Positions 38,087-48,937 are shown, counted from the first letter of the stretch. The stretch: DNA of 64,000 nt from Vicinamibacteria bacterium (GCA_964291235.2 OZ219816.1:896001-960000); one strand, 5' to 3'. Numbers and translations are program-made. The notes: generated by a model from the letters alone, not told the origin.

Positions 38087-40423
38087 TTAGCGATCGTAGC
38101 CGGTCAAGGGTTCGGTGCCGGGGAGGAAAGCCTCGAGAATCGTGTTGGGTCCGCCGTCCGAGGGCTGTCCGCTCTCGAGATCGATCGGGACCAGCGCCAC
38201 CGTGGGAGGAGCGGGAAAGCCGTGTCGCGGAGGATCGGGGCGTCCGTCCTCCATGAAACGGACCCAGGCCGGCAGCGCCACCCGGGCGCCGCTCTCCCGA
38301 TCTCCCAGCGTTTCATTGCCGTCGTTACCGATCCAGACCCCGGCGGAGATCTCGGGATCGAAGCCGACGAACCAGGCGTCCGTGAACTCGTTCGTGGTGC
38401 CGGTCTTTCCCGCAACCGGCCGGCCGAGCCGGCGCGCCCCGACGGCAGTCCCGCGCGCCACGACTCCTTCCAGGAGATGCGTGATCACGTACGCGAGGTC
38501 AGCAGGAATCACCGACGCGGTTTCGGGATGGAAACGCTCCAGTTCGCGCCCGTCGCGGTCCGTGATCCGGGAGACGAAAAAGGGCTCCATCCGAACGCCC
38601 TGGTTCGGAAACGCGCTGTAGGCGGAAACCATCTCCAGCAGGGTAACGCCGCTCGAGCCCAGCGTGATCGAGAGCACCGGGAGGAGTTCTCCCCGAATTC
38701 CGAGGCGGCGCGCCAGCGCGACGACGCTCTCGGGTCCGATGTCGTGCACCATCCGCACCGCCGGCACGTTTCGTGAACCCTCGAACGCGTTCCGCATCGT
38801 GATCCAGCCGAGGTACTCGTCGTCGTAGTTCTGAGGTTGGTAAGGCTTGTCGCTGACCGGATCGATCCAGGTGAACGGTTCGTCCAGCAACAGGGACGTG
38901 GGAGCGAGCCTCCCGGTGGCGAGGGCCGCTCCGTAGGCGAACGGCTTGAACGAGGACCCCGGCTGCCGGCGGGCCTGGAGCGCCCGGTTGAATTCGCTGC
39001 GTTCGAAGTCGAACCCGCCGACCACGGCGCGGATGGCGCCCGTCGCGATCTCGAGCGCGAGAAAAGCCCCCTCGGTCAGGGGTTCCTGTTCCAGGCTGAC
39101 GACGAGCGGTGCTTCCAGATTGAGCCGGCCCTCGCCGGCGGCATCGGGGGTCTCGGCGGGGGTTTCGGCCGCAGCCGGCTCGAAGTCATTGGCCTGAATG
39201 CGGAACCAGCCCACGTCCCCGACCCGGAAGAGCGCTTCCGGGGTCTGGAAGGTCCAGCGCAACGAGTCCGGTTCCACCCGCGCCCGGTAGTCCGCAATCC
39301 GGATCTCCGGCTCGGGACCCGCGGCGGTTACCACTCCGCGCACGACCGAACCGATGGCGAGCGGGGCGTTCCAGGAAGCGTGTCCGTACGCCGCCGGATC
39401 CGCTCCGGCATCGAGCACGTTCTCCTCGAATCCCCGGAACCCCTGCCGTTTGTCGTGGGCGCGCAGCGCCAGCTCCACCGATCCGTTCGCGGAGCGCTGC
39501 ATGTCGCTGTCGAGCGTGGTGTAAACGCGCAGCCCGCCCCGGTAGGTCCGCGAGTCTCCGTAGTGGTCCCGCAGGTATCCGCGCACCATCTCCATGAAGT
39601 GCGGCGCGAAAGGATCGCTGCCGCGGGAGCGGAGACGGATGGGTTGTTCCCGGGCCGCTGCTGCCGCTTCCGGCGACAGGAAGTCCTCGGCGATCATCCG
39701 ATCCAGCACGATGTCCCGGCGCTGCTGGGCTGCGTCCAGGCTCCGAAACGGATTGAAGCGGCTGGGGTTGGGTGCGACGCCGACGAGCATGGCGGCCTCG
39801 CCCACGGACAGCTCGGACGCGCTCTTTTCCAGGTAGAACTGCGCGGCGGCCTCGATTCCCTGGTTGTTGTAACCCAGGAACACCTGGTTGGCGTAGAAGG
39901 TGAGGATCTCCTCCTTCCGGTACGCCCTTTCGATGCGGAATGCGGTGATGGCCTCCTTGATCTTCCGTTCGAGCGTTTCCTCGCGGTTCAGGAACAGATC
40001 GCGGGCGACCTGCTGGGTAATGGTGCTGGCGCCGGAGACAATGCGTCCCGTCCGGTAGTTGTCCCAAAGCGCCCGGGCGATCCCGATCGGGTCGAATCCG
40101 AAGTGGCTCCAGAATCGCTGGTCTTCGGAGGCGACGAACGCGTCCCGCAGGTGCTGGGGCAGATCGCCGTATTCGATCTCGGTGCGGCGTTCGACCGCGA
40201 ACTGTCCGATTTCGCCCCCGTGACGGTCATAGACGATGGTGGTCGCCGTGCCCTCGTAGGCCTCGAGTTCCTCGATCAGCGGGACATCGCTCTGGTAGGC
40301 GGCGAGCAGTCCCAGCATGGCGCCGGCGATCGCGCTGGCGGCGAACAGGAAGACCACGATCACCACGCGGGCCAGCTGGCGGCCCGAGGTGGCTCGGCGG
40401 AGCGGCAGGGGGGACCGGGGCAT
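38087..40423 (-). CDS. Class A penicillin-binding protein (PBP1A)
   Basis: EDQRF..H.G.D, GASTITQQ, RKIKE; transpeptidase SSFK, SRN, KTG. Confidence 0.93.
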   Translation of the reverse strand: MPRSPLPLRRATSGRQLARVVIVVFLFAASAIAGAMLGLLAAYQSDVPLIEELEAYEGTATTIVYDRHGGEIGQFAVERRTEIEYGDLPQHLRDAFVASEDQRFWSHFGFDPIGIARALWDNYRTGRIVSGASTITQQVARDLFLNREETLERKIKEAITAFRIERAYRKEEILTFYANQVFLGYNNQGIEAAAQFYLEKSASELSVGEAAMLVGVAPNPSRFNPFRSLDAAQQRRDIVLDRMIAEDFLSPEAAAAAREQPIRLRSRGSDPFAPHFMEMVRGYLRDHYGDSRTYRGGLRVYTTLDSDMQRSANGSVELALRAHDKRQGFRGFEENVLDAGADPAAYGHASWNAPLAIGSVVRGVVTAAGPEPEIRIADYRARVEPDSLRWTFQTPEALFRVGDVGWFRIQANDFEPAAAETPAETPDAAGEGRLNLEAPLVVSLEQEPLTEGAFLALEIATGAIRAVVGGFDFERSEFNRALQARRQPGSSFKPFAYGAALATGRLAPTSLLLDEPFTWIDPVSDKPYQPQNYDDEYLGWITMRNAFEGSRNVPAVRMVHDIGPESVVALARRLGIRGELLPVLSITLGSSGVTLLEMVSAYSAFPNQGVRMEPFFVSRITDRDGRELERFHPETASVIPADLAYVITHLLEGVVARGTAVGARRLGRPVAGKTGTTNEFTDAWFVGFDPEISAGVWIGNDGNETLGDRESGARVALPAWVRFMEDGRPDPPRHGFPAPPTVALVPIDLESGQPSDGGPNTILEAFLPGTEPLTGYDR

Positions 40424-41353
40424 TCAGGACTTTCCGAGGAGATCCGTCAGCGCCGGCCCGATCTCGGGATGCCGGAAGTCGAAGCCGGATGCGAGCAGGC
40501 GCCGGGGAACCACTCGCTGCCCGGAGAGCAGCAACGCGTCGGCCATCTCACCGAACGCCAGGCGCATCGCGAAGCCCGGCGCCGGAAAGAGGGTCGGCCT
40601 CCGGAGCGCCCGGCCGAGCGCCTTGGTGAATGCGGCGTTCGTGGCGGGGTTCGGGGCCGTGAGGTTGTAGACCGGTTGGAGGGATCCTCCCGGAACCTCC
40701 AGCAGGTGGACCATCGCGGCCGTCACGTCAGCGAGGTGGATCCAGGGCATCCATTGGCGGCCGCTCCCCAGCCGGCCGCCCACTCCCATCCGGAAGGGTG
40801 GCAGCATGGTGGCCAGGGCTCCACCCTTCGGCGAGAGCACGACCCCGATGCGCAACGAGGCGGTCTCGATCCGTGCGTTGCGAGCGCCCCCGGTGGCGTC
40901 TTCCCACTCGGTGCAGACATCGGCGAGGAAGTCACTCCCCGGAGCAGCGTCCTCATCGAGTTCCTCCTCGCCGCGGGCGCCGTAGTATCCGACCGCGGAA
41001 GCCGCCAACAGGCGCGCCGGCGGGTTCGGGGAAGCGTTCAGTGCAGCGACCAGGGTCTGGGTGCCCTCGACCCGACTCTCGCGAATCGCCCGCTTTCTCG
41101 CGGCGGTCCAGCGCTTTCCGACCGGCTCGCCGGCGAGGTGGACCAGCGCGTCCAGTTCCTCCAGCGCGCCGGCGAGGCCGCTGTCGGTTCCACCGGCGTG
41201 GGGATCCCAGCGGACCGAACGAACACCGGCCGGCAGACCCGATACCGCGCCGCTCCGGCGGGTAAACGCCACGATTTCGTGGCCCCGACCGGAAAGTTCC
41301 GACGCGAGCGCCCTGCCGATCAGGCCGGTTGCGCCGGTGATTCCAACTCGCAT
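40424..41353 (-). CDS. TIGR01777-type NAD-dependent epimerase family protein
   Basis: TGATGLIG, HLAGE, SAVGYYG, GSGRQWMPWIH. Confidence 0.9.
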   Translation of the reverse strand: MRVGITGATGLIGRALASELSGRGHEIVAFTRRSGAVSGLPAGVRSVRWDPHAGGTDSGLAGALEELDALVHLAGEPVGKRWTAARKRAIRESRVEGTQTLVAALNASPNPPARLLAASAVGYYGARGEEELDEDAAPGSDFLADVCTEWEDATGGARNARIETASLRIGVVLSPKGGALATMLPPFRMGVGGRLGSGRQWMPWIHLADVTAAMVHLLEVPGGSLQPVYNLTAPNPATNAAFTKALGRALRRPTLFPAPGFAMRLAFGEMADALLLSGQRVVPRRLLASGFDFRHPEIGPALTDLLGKS

Positions 41354-41475
41354 CCGCAGAGGGATCGGATTCTAGCCCGCGTCCCGTTGCGGGCCGCTGG
41401 TTGAAGCGGGGAGCCGGGCCCCGCACAATGGGACAATGGTGCGGCACCGTGCTGCCAACCCGGGAGGTTCCCTTT

Positions 41476-43536
41476 ATGCCCCGTTTTCGTTTTCTCTCCT
41501 CTATTGCTCTCGGCCTGCTGGTGGCCTCCGTCGCCGCCGCGCAGGACAAACGGCCCATGACGATCGTCGAGCTGATCGACGTTCCGTCGGTGGGCAGTCC
41601 GCGCCTGTCTCCTGACGGGAGCCAGATCCTCTACACCCGGACCGATACGGACTGGGAAAAGAACGGCCGGACTACCCACATCTGGCGGATCAACAGCGAT
41701 GGGAGCGGGGAGGTCCAGCTCACCAACGGAGCGGAGGGAGAGTCCAGCCCGCGCTGGTCGCCCGACGGCGCCCGCGTCGCCTTTCTCGCGAAGCGTGGTG
41801 AGAACGAGCACACCCAGATCTACGTGATGCGGAACCGGGGAGGGGAAGCCTCTCCGCTCACGAGCCACGACAGTTCGGTGGGGTCCTTCCAGTTCTCGCC
41901 CGACGGCAAGCACATCTTCTTCGTCGCTTCCGATCCGAAGAGCGCGAAGGAGAAGAAAAAGGACAAACTCAAGGACGACGTCTTCGCCTTCGACGAGGAC
42001 TACAAGCAGCGCCACCTCTTCCGGGTGGCCACTGACGGTGACGGACCGCAGAAGGGGGAGCGGCTCACCGAGGGCGACTATTCGGTGATCGGGTTCCGGC
42101 TCTCCGATGACGGTATGCGCATCGCGCACCACCGGTCGGTCAGCCCGCTGGTGGACAACCGGGACGAGGGCGAAGTCTGGCTCATGGATGCGGATGGCGG
42201 GAACGCGTTGCAGTTGACGGACAACACGGTGAGCGAGTTCGGCGCCCAGCTTTCGCCGGATGGCGCCCACGTGATGTTCCTCTCGGACTCGAGCGCCGAC
42301 TTCGAGACCTACTTCAACGACAACATCTTCGTGCTGCCGGCCGCCGGAGGCGCGCATCGGTTGCTGTACGAGGACATGCCGCACGAGGTCAACAGCGCGC
42401 GCTGGGCTCCCGACGGCTCGGTCTACTTCACGGCGAACACCGGAGTCCGCACCGAACTCTTCCACGGCTCGCTGGACGACGACGCGCCGAAAGCGCTCAC
42501 CGCTGGCGACCACTCGCTCACCGGGTGGAACTTTTCCGCGGCTGCCGGTAAGCACGTGTTCGGGATCAGCAACCGCGAGAACAACGGCGACCTGCACCTG
42601 CTGCCCGCGGACGGTGGGGATCCGATGAAGGTCACGAGCGTGTTCGACTACCTCGCGGAGACTTTCGAGCTGCCGGTCCAGGAGGCGATCCGCTGGAAGG
42701 GCGACGACGGTGCGGAAGTGGAGGGGCTTCTCTACTACCCGCTCGACTACCAGGAGGGGGAGCGCTACCCGCTGGTGGTGCAGACCCACGGCGGCCCGGC
42801 GGCCTCCGACAAGTTTGGCTTCGGCCGCTGGAGCAGCTACGTGCAGGTGCTCACCGCGCGCGGTTGGGCGGTCTTCAAGCCCAACTACCGGGGGAGCACC
42901 GGGTACGGCGACGAGGTCCTCCGGGACATGGTGGGCCACTACTACCGCCAGTCGCACCTCGACGTGATGACGGGCGTGGACCACCTGATCGAACTCGGGA
43001 TCGTGGACGGCGACCGGATGGTCAAGATGGGCTGGAGCGGGGGCGGCCACATGACGAACAAGATCATCACCCACACCGACCGCTTCAAGGCGGCGGCGTC
43101 CGGCGCCGGTGCGGTGAACTGGATCTCGATGTACGGGACGAGCGACGTGCGGATCTACCGGACCCCGTGGTTCGGGGGAACGCCCTGGCAGGAGGACGCG
43201 CCGATCGACACCTACTGGGGACACTCGCCGCTCAAGGACATCTACAAGGCGACCACGCCGACGATCGTGCTCGTCGGGGAGAACGACGTTCGGGTCCCGC
43301 CGGAGCAGTCGGTGGAGCTTTACCGGGCGCTCAAGTCGAACGGAGTGGACACCCATCTCTACATCGCGCCGCGGGAGCCCCACGGCTGGCGGGAACTCCG
43401 TCACGAACTTTTCAAGGTGAATGTCGAGATCGACTGGTTCGAGCGTCACGCACGCGGTATCGAGTACGAGTGGGAGACGGCTCCGGGCGACGACGAGGAG
43501 ATGGACACCGCCACCACCGACGAAGAAAGCCCGTGA
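41476..43536 (+). CDS. S9 family peptidase, copy 1
   Basis: Signal peptide, PD40 repeats, HGGP, NYRGSTGYG, GWSGGG, DVRV, EPH. Confidence 0.92.
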   Translation: MPRFRFLSSIALGLLVASVAAAQDKRPMTIVELIDVPSVGSPRLSPDGSQILYTRTDTDWEKNGRTTHIWRINSDGSGEVQLTNGAEGESSPRWSPDGARVAFLAKRGENEHTQIYVMRNRGGEASPLTSHDSSVGSFQFSPDGKHIFFVASDPKSAKEKKKDKLKDDVFAFDEDYKQRHLFRVATDGDGPQKGERLTEGDYSVIGFRLSDDGMRIAHHRSVSPLVDNRDEGEVWLMDADGGNALQLTDNTVSEFGAQLSPDGAHVMFLSDSSADFETYFNDNIFVLPAAGGAHRLLYEDMPHEVNSARWAPDGSVYFTANTGVRTELFHGSLDDDAPKALTAGDHSLTGWNFSAAAGKHVFGISNRENNGDLHLLPADGGDPMKVTSVFDYLAETFELPVQEAIRWKGDDGAEVEGLLYYPLDYQEGERYPLVVQTHGGPAASDKFGFGRWSSYVQVLTARGWAVFKPNYRGSTGYGDEVLRDMVGHYYRQSHLDVMTGVDHLIELGIVDGDRMVKMGWSGGGHMTNKIITHTDRFKAAASGAGAVNWISMYGTSDVRIYRTPWFGGTPWQEDAPIDTYWGHSPLKDIYKATTPTIVLVGENDVRVPPEQSVELYRALKSNGVDTHLYIAPREPHGWRELRHELFKVNVEIDWFERHARGIEYEWETAPGDDEEMDTATTDEESP

Positions 43537-43538
43537 CC

Positions 43539-43575
43539 GGCTGAGAGTCCCGGCCGCCGGCCGGGACTCTCAGCC
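43539..43575. terminator. Perfect 18-bp inverted repeat after S9 copy 1 (possible terminator or stabiliser)
   Basis: GGCTGAGAGTCCCGGCCG-C-CGGCCGGGACTCTCAGCC; no U-tract; overlaps the MITE end. Confidence 0.5.
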
Positions 43576-43683
43576 TGTGGTGAAACCCGCCTGAGCGCCG
43601 GGAGCGCCAGCTCTCCCGGTGGAAGGGCGGTTCAGCCGAGATGCATCGCCGCTTGAACGTCGCGGGGGTTTTGCCACAGGCTG
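43571..43683. mobile_element. MITE family B, short internally deleted copy
   Basis: Same TIRs as 19898-20076 and shared internal GGTTCAG..GATGCATCGCCG..GAACG. Confidence 0.75.
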
Positions 43684-43713
43684 TTAAGGCTTCAAAGGCC
43701 GGAGGATCCCCCC

Positions 43714-45786
43714 ATGCGTGATTTCGCTCCCTTCCGGAGGCGTTTTGCCTCTGCCCTGATCGGCTTGGCGGTCCTTGCCGCTACGGCATCGGCCCAGGAC
43801 CAGCGTCCCATGACGATCGTCGATCTGATCGACCTTCCCCGGCTAGGCAGCCCCCGGCTGTCCCCCGACGGGACCCAGCTCCTCTACACCCGCTCCGACG
43901 CCGACTGGGAGGACAACGGCCGGACGACGCACATCCACCGGATCGGGACGGACGGCAGCGGCGAGGTGCGCCTGACCAACGGGGAACACGGGGAATCCAG
44001 CCCCCGCTGGTCTCCGGACGGGGAATGGGTGGCGTTCCTCGCCCGAAGGGGAGCCGGACCGTTCACCCAGGTCCATCGGATCCCCAACCAGGGCGGAGAG
44101 GCGTCGCCGCTCACCCAGCACGAGAGTTCCGTGCAGTCCTTCGCGTTCTCGCCGGACGGAAAGCACATCTACTTCATCGCGCCGGATCCGAAGACCGCGG
44201 AGGAGAAGCGGAAGGACGACCTGCGCGATGACTTCTTCGCCTTCGACGAGGACTACAAGCAGCGGCACCTCTTCCGGGTGGCAACCTCCGGGGACGGCCC
44301 CCGGGAGGCGGAACGGATCACCCGCGGGGACTTCTCGATCCTGGAGTTCCGCCTCTCGGACGACGGAGCGAGGATCGCCCATTCGCGGGCGCCCACCCCG
44401 CTGCTCGACAACCGCGACGAGGGTGAAGTCTGGATCATGGACGCCGACGGCGGGAACGCTTTGCAACTGACCGACAACACGGTCACCGAGAGCGGTGCGC
44501 AACTGTCGCCGGACGGCGCCTGGGTCCTGTTCGTGTCAGCCTCCAGCGCCGACTTCGAGACCTACTACAACAGAAACGTCTTCCTGGCGCCGGCCACCGG
44601 CGGACCGCACCGGCTGCTCTACGAAACCTGGCCGTACGAGGCGAACGGAGCCACCTGGGCTCCCGACGGATCGATCTACTTCATCGGCAACACCGGCGTC
44701 CGAAGCCAGATCTTCCATGCGGGCGTGGAGGACGACGAGCCCAGCGCCCTCACCTCGGGGGACCACACGATCGTGGGCTGGAACTTCGCCCGGGCGCCTG
44801 GCCGGCACGTCTTCGGCGTCAGTAGCCGCGAAAACAACGGCGACATCCATGTGCTGCCGGCGGAAGGCGGCGATCCGCTCAAGGTCACCAGCGTGTTCGA
44901 CTATCTCGACGAAACCTTCGAGCTGCCGGCCCAGGAAGCCGTCCGCTGGCAGGGGGAGGACAGCGTCGAGGTCGAGGGGCTCCTCTTCTACCCGCTCGAC
45001 TATCAGGAGGGCCAGCGCTACCCGCTGGTGGTGCAGACGCATGGCGGGCCGCGGTCCTCCGACAAGTTCTCCTTCGGGCGCTGGAGCAATTACGTCCAGG
45101 TTCTGGCGGCGCGCGGCTACGCGGTCTTCAAGCCCAACTACCGCGGCAGCACCGGGTACGGGGACGATTTCCTGCGCGACATGGTGGGCCACTACTTCAA
45201 CCAGGCCCATCTCGACGTGATGGCCGGTGTGGACCATCTCATCGAAATGGGGATCGCCGACGGCGACCGGATGGCCAAGATGGGCTGGTCGGCGGGGGGC
45301 CACATGACGAACAAGATCATCACCCACACCGGCCGCTTCAAGGCGGCCTCCTCGGGCGCGGGTGCGGTGAACTGGATTTCGATGTACGGCCAGAGCGACG
45401 TGCGGCATCCCCGCACGCCCTGGTTCGGGGGAACTCCCTGGGAGGAGGACGCTCCGATCGACGCGTACTGGGGGAATTCCCCGCTCAAGGACATCTACCG
45501 GGTCACCACCCCCACGATCGTCATCGTCGGCGAAAACGACGTGCGCGTGCCGATGCCGCAGTCGGTCGAGCTCTATCGGGCGCTACGGACAAACGGGGTG
45601 GACACCCACCTCTACATCGCGCCGCGGGAGCCGCACGGCCTGCGCGAACTCCGCCACCAGCTCTTCAAGGTCAATGTCGAACTCGAGTGGTTCGAGCGCC
45701 ACGTCCGGGGGCTGGTGTACGACTGGGAGACGGCTCCCGGGGAAGAAGGCAAGGGGACGGCCGCCACCGACGGCCCGAATCCATAG
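43714..45786 (+). CDS. S9 family peptidase, copy 2
   Basis: Close paralog of copy 1; GWSAGG nucleophile motif. Confidence 0.92.
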   Translation: MRDFAPFRRRFASALIGLAVLAATASAQDQRPMTIVDLIDLPRLGSPRLSPDGTQLLYTRSDADWEDNGRTTHIHRIGTDGSGEVRLTNGEHGESSPRWSPDGEWVAFLARRGAGPFTQVHRIPNQGGEASPLTQHESSVQSFAFSPDGKHIYFIAPDPKTAEEKRKDDLRDDFFAFDEDYKQRHLFRVATSGDGPREAERITRGDFSILEFRLSDDGARIAHSRAPTPLLDNRDEGEVWIMDADGGNALQLTDNTVTESGAQLSPDGAWVLFVSASSADFETYYNRNVFLAPATGGPHRLLYETWPYEANGATWAPDGSIYFIGNTGVRSQIFHAGVEDDEPSALTSGDHTIVGWNFARAPGRHVFGVSSRENNGDIHVLPAEGGDPLKVTSVFDYLDETFELPAQEAVRWQGEDSVEVEGLLFYPLDYQEGQRYPLVVQTHGGPRSSDKFSFGRWSNYVQVLAARGYAVFKPNYRGSTGYGDDFLRDMVGHYFNQAHLDVMAGVDHLIEMGIADGDRMAKMGWSAGGHMTNKIITHTGRFKAASSGAGAVNWISMYGQSDVRHPRTPWFGGTPWEEDAPIDAYWGNSPLKDIYRVTTPTIVIVGENDVRVPMPQSVELYRALRTNGVDTHLYIAPREPHGLRELRHQLFKVNVELEWFERHVRGLVYDWETAPGEEGKGTAATDGPNP

Positions 45787-45814
45787 TCCCGGGAACCGGG
45801 GGATCGCCGGAGAC

Positions 45815-46561
45815 ATGTGCGGACGCTTTACCCAGTCGTCCTCCTGGGAGGAGACGGCTGAGCTCTTTGACCTCGATGAGAGTCCCGGCGATCTTCCGCC
45901 CCGCTACAACGTGGCCCCGACCCAGCTCGCCGCCGTGGTGCGGAACGAAGACGTCCGCCGCCTCCGGATGCTTCGCTGGGGCCTGATCCCGAGCGGAGCG
46001 CGTGACCCCGCGATCGGAAACCGGCTCATCAACGCCCGTGCCGAGACCGTGAGCACCCGGCCGTCCTTTCGGGCCGCCTACGCGGCGCGACGCTGCCTCG
46101 TCCCGGTGAGCGGCTTTTTCGAATGGGAGCGGCGTGGCCGGCTTCGCCAGCCCTGGCTGTTCCGCATGCGGGAGGGCGGCCCGTTCGCGCTGGCCGGCGT
46201 TTTCGAGCGGTGGCGGGCGCCCCCGGGACTGCTCGGGAATCCCGCGGCGAAGGCCGGGAAATCCGGAGAGCTCGAGACGTTCGCCATTCTCACCACCGAC
46301 GCGAACGAGGTGGTCGGCCGGGTGCACGACCGCATGCCGGTCATCGTGCACCCGGTGGCGTTCGAACGCTGGCTCGGCGGTGGTGAGGTGCCCCTCGGTC
46401 CCTTCCCCCCCGAAGCGATGGCCGCCTTCCCGGTGAGCCCGGTCGTGAACAATCCCGCGCACGACGACCCGCGCTGCGTCGAGCCACTCGACCTTTCGGC
46501 AGGGAGTGGCCGGGGAAGCACGGGAGGCGGTTCTCCGCCGAGCCTGTTCGGCGGCCGCTGA
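45815..46561 (+). CDS. SOS response-associated peptidase (SRAP/YedK-like)
   Basis: MCGRF N-terminus, RYNVAPTQ, INARAET, GFFEW, HDRMP. Confidence 0.93.
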   Translation: MCGRFTQSSSWEETAELFDLDESPGDLPPRYNVAPTQLAAVVRNEDVRRLRMLRWGLIPSGARDPAIGNRLINARAETVSTRPSFRAAYAARRCLVPVSGFFEWERRGRLRQPWLFRMREGGPFALAGVFERWRAPPGLLGNPAAKAGKSGELETFAILTTDANEVVGRVHDRMPVIVHPVAFERWLGGGEVPLGPFPPEAMAAFPVSPVVNNPAHDDPRCVEPLDLSAGSGRGSTGGGSPPSLFGGR

Positions 46562-46586
46562 AGCCACGGCCCGGCCGCCGGAACCG

Positions 46587-48929
46587 CTAACGCGACAGCT
46601 CCGTCCGAATCCTCTCCAGCAGGCTGACGGCATCCGGACCTGCCCGAAGTTCGACCGCCCGTTCGGCCCACGGCAGCGCCTCGGCCCACCGACCCTGCTG
46701 GGCGTGGAGGATGGCCAGCGCGTTCAGGAACGCCGGCGTGTCGGGTTCCGCGGAATCGGCCCGCCGCAGCGCTGCCTCCGCCTCCCTGGGGCGGCCGACG
46801 CGCTGGAGGGCGAGCCCGTGGTTGTAGTGGACCCGTGCCTGCTCGGGTAGCAGGGTGGCCGCGCGCTCCAGATGCCCGAGAGCGGCCTCGAGTTGGCCTC
46901 GCTCGGCCAGCAGGAGCCCCAGCGAATAGTGCGCGTCGCCGGCGTCGGGGGTTCTCGCCAGGGCGTTTTGGAGGGTGACCTCGGCTTCGGGAGTCCTTCC
47001 GAGCCGGCTTAGAAGTACGGCGAGGTTTCGACTCGCCGGCCAGAAGGCGGGATCGAGCGACAGAGACCGCCGGTAGTCGCGCAGGGCCCGCTCATGGTCG
47101 CCGGTCGCGGTGTGAAAGTTGCCGAGGCGGTAATGGGTGTCCGGGTGGTCCGCCCGCGCCGCGGCTGCCGCCTCGAACTCCACCCGCGCCGCGGCGAAAG
47201 CGGACTGAGCATCTCCGGCAAGTTGCGCGGCAGCGGGAGCGATTGCCTCGGCGGCCTCAACCCGGACGGCGCGGAGGGGATCACGCAGCAGGCGGGCCCC
47301 GACGCGGAGACGCCCGGCGGGCGGCAACGCGCCGAGGCCGGCGGCGGCCGCCATCCGGACGACGGGCTCGGCATCTTCGAAGGCCCCCGGCATCCGCGGC
47401 GCCCCGCCGGGTCCGTAGGCACTGAGGTACCGGAGCGCGGTGGCCCGGGCGATCGGCGGTTGCTCGTCGTCCCTGGCCACGACAATCAGGTCGTCCACGG
47501 CTCCCGGTCGGTCTTCGCGCGCGGCAGCGAACGCCTCTCCGTAGTGCGGCCCCCGGCGCCGGCCGGGGCCGTACCAGGCCGCGACCCTCTCCGCGGCCCA
47601 CTCCGGGCTCTCCCCCGCGTGGCACGTGGTGCAGGCGTCCGGGCTGCCGGTGACGGCCGACAGATCGGGACGCGGGATGCGGAAACTGTGATCCCGGCGC
47701 GGGTCCACCACCATGTAGGTGCGCTCCGGCATGTGGCAGTTCACGCACCGGGCGCCGTCGCTGCCCTCCGGATGGAAGTGATGCTCCGGGGAGTTGTAGG
47801 TCTTGCGGGTCAGCGTCGGGAACCGGTCGAGCGGCGCGTCCGGGTGGTGGCACTGCTCGCAGACCGCGTTCCCAAGGACGCGCAGGCCAAGACTGTGCGG
47901 GTTGTGACAGTCGCTGCAGCGCACCCCTTCGGCGAACATGCGGCTCTGCACAAACGATCCGTATTCGTACGCTTCCCCCAGGATCTGGCCATCGGCGTGG
48001 TAGAAGCCGGTGTCCAGCAGGGTGGGGCGGAATCGGTCGAAAAAGGTGTCGGCTGGAGAGGGCTCGCCGTGGATCGGCGACCTAAGCGAATGGCAGGCGG
48101 CGCACGACTCGACCTCGAAGGCGCTGTCGCCGTAGCGAACGCCCAGGCCGAGGTCTCCGGTGACCTCGGCAGCGGCGGGGCGGCGTTCGTCAGCCCATGC
48201 GAGGTGGCGCCCGCCGGGGCCGTGACAGGCCTGGCAGCCGACGTCGATCGCGTTCCAGGTCGTCCGGTAGGTCCGGGTCGCCGCGTCGTAGTTGACTTCG
48301 AGGTTCGTCGAATGGCAGTCGGCGCAGCCGGAGTTCCAGGTCTGGCGCCAACCGGTCCAGTGGAACGGATCGCCGGCCGGAATCGCTTCGTCGGGATAGA
48401 GGTGAAACCAGGCGCCCCGGACGGTGTCCCAGGCGATGCCGAGCGCCTGCAGGCGGCCGCCGGGGAGCGGAACCAGGTACTGCTGGAGCGGTTCGACTCC
48501 GAACGTGTAGCGGATCTCGAAATCCCCGGGCGTGCCGTCCGGTCCGTCGGTGTTGACGAAAAACCCCCCATCCCGCCGGAAGAAACGGGACTCCACCCCA
48601 AAGTGGTGGAAGGAAGCGTCGTCGAAGTCACCAAGCACGGTGTCCTCGGTGGCCTCCTGCATGGCCAGGTCGTGGTGGGATTCGAGCCAGTCGTCGTACT
48701 GCTGGAGATGGCAGCCACGGCAGCGTGAATCCTCGACGTACCCGGATCCCGCGAGCGCCGCTGGCGGGACTCCGGTCTTTGCCGAGAGGCCGGTCTCTTC
48801 GGAAACGGGACCCTCGCGGCCGCTCGAGAGCGGCCCGCACCCGGCCAGGAAAGCCATGGCCACCGCGAAGCAGCGGAGGCGGCTTCCGGCTGGCGCCCGG
48901 CGGACCGGCGGCGCCGGCGCGGGTCCCAA
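46587..48929 (-). CDS. Multiheme (8 CxxCH) cytochrome c with HEAT-like and TPR repeats
   Basis: CRGCH, CADCH, CQACH, CAACH, CSDCH, CEQCH, CVNCH, CTTCH; LAG-C lipobox; C-terminal TPRs; start uncertain. Confidence 0.85.
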   Translation of the reverse strand: MGPAPAPPVRRAPAGSRLRCFAVAMAFLAGCGPLSSGREGPVSEETGLSAKTGVPPAALAGSGYVEDSRCRGCHLQQYDDWLESHHDLAMQEATEDTVLGDFDDASFHHFGVESRFFRRDGGFFVNTDGPDGTPGDFEIRYTFGVEPLQQYLVPLPGGRLQALGIAWDTVRGAWFHLYPDEAIPAGDPFHWTGWRQTWNSGCADCHSTNLEVNYDAATRTYRTTWNAIDVGCQACHGPGGRHLAWADERRPAAAEVTGDLGLGVRYGDSAFEVESCAACHSLRSPIHGEPSPADTFFDRFRPTLLDTGFYHADGQILGEAYEYGSFVQSRMFAEGVRCSDCHNPHSLGLRVLGNAVCEQCHHPDAPLDRFPTLTRKTYNSPEHHFHPEGSDGARCVNCHMPERTYMVVDPRRDHSFRIPRPDLSAVTGSPDACTTCHAGESPEWAAERVAAWYGPGRRRGPHYGEAFAAAREDRPGAVDDLIVVARDDEQPPIARATALRYLSAYGPGGAPRMPGAFEDAEPVVRMAAAAGLGALPPAGRLRVGARLLRDPLRAVRVEAAEAIAPAAAQLAGDAQSAFAAARVEFEAAAAARADHPDTHYRLGNFHTATGDHERALRDYRRSLSLDPAFWPASRNLAVLLSRLGRTPEAEVTLQNALARTPDAGDAHYSLGLLLAERGQLEAALGHLERAATLLPEQARVHYNHGLALQRVGRPREAEAALRRADSAEPDTPAFLNALAILHAQQGRWAEALPWAERAVELRAGPDAVSLLERIRTELSR

Positions 48930-48937
48930 TGCGGGGA

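Noticed and set aside
38837-43449. Long shadow ORFs 38837-41404 (+) and 41320-43449 (-)
   Set aside because: Antisense to the PBP1A/TIGR01777 and S9 peptidase genes; no coding signatures.
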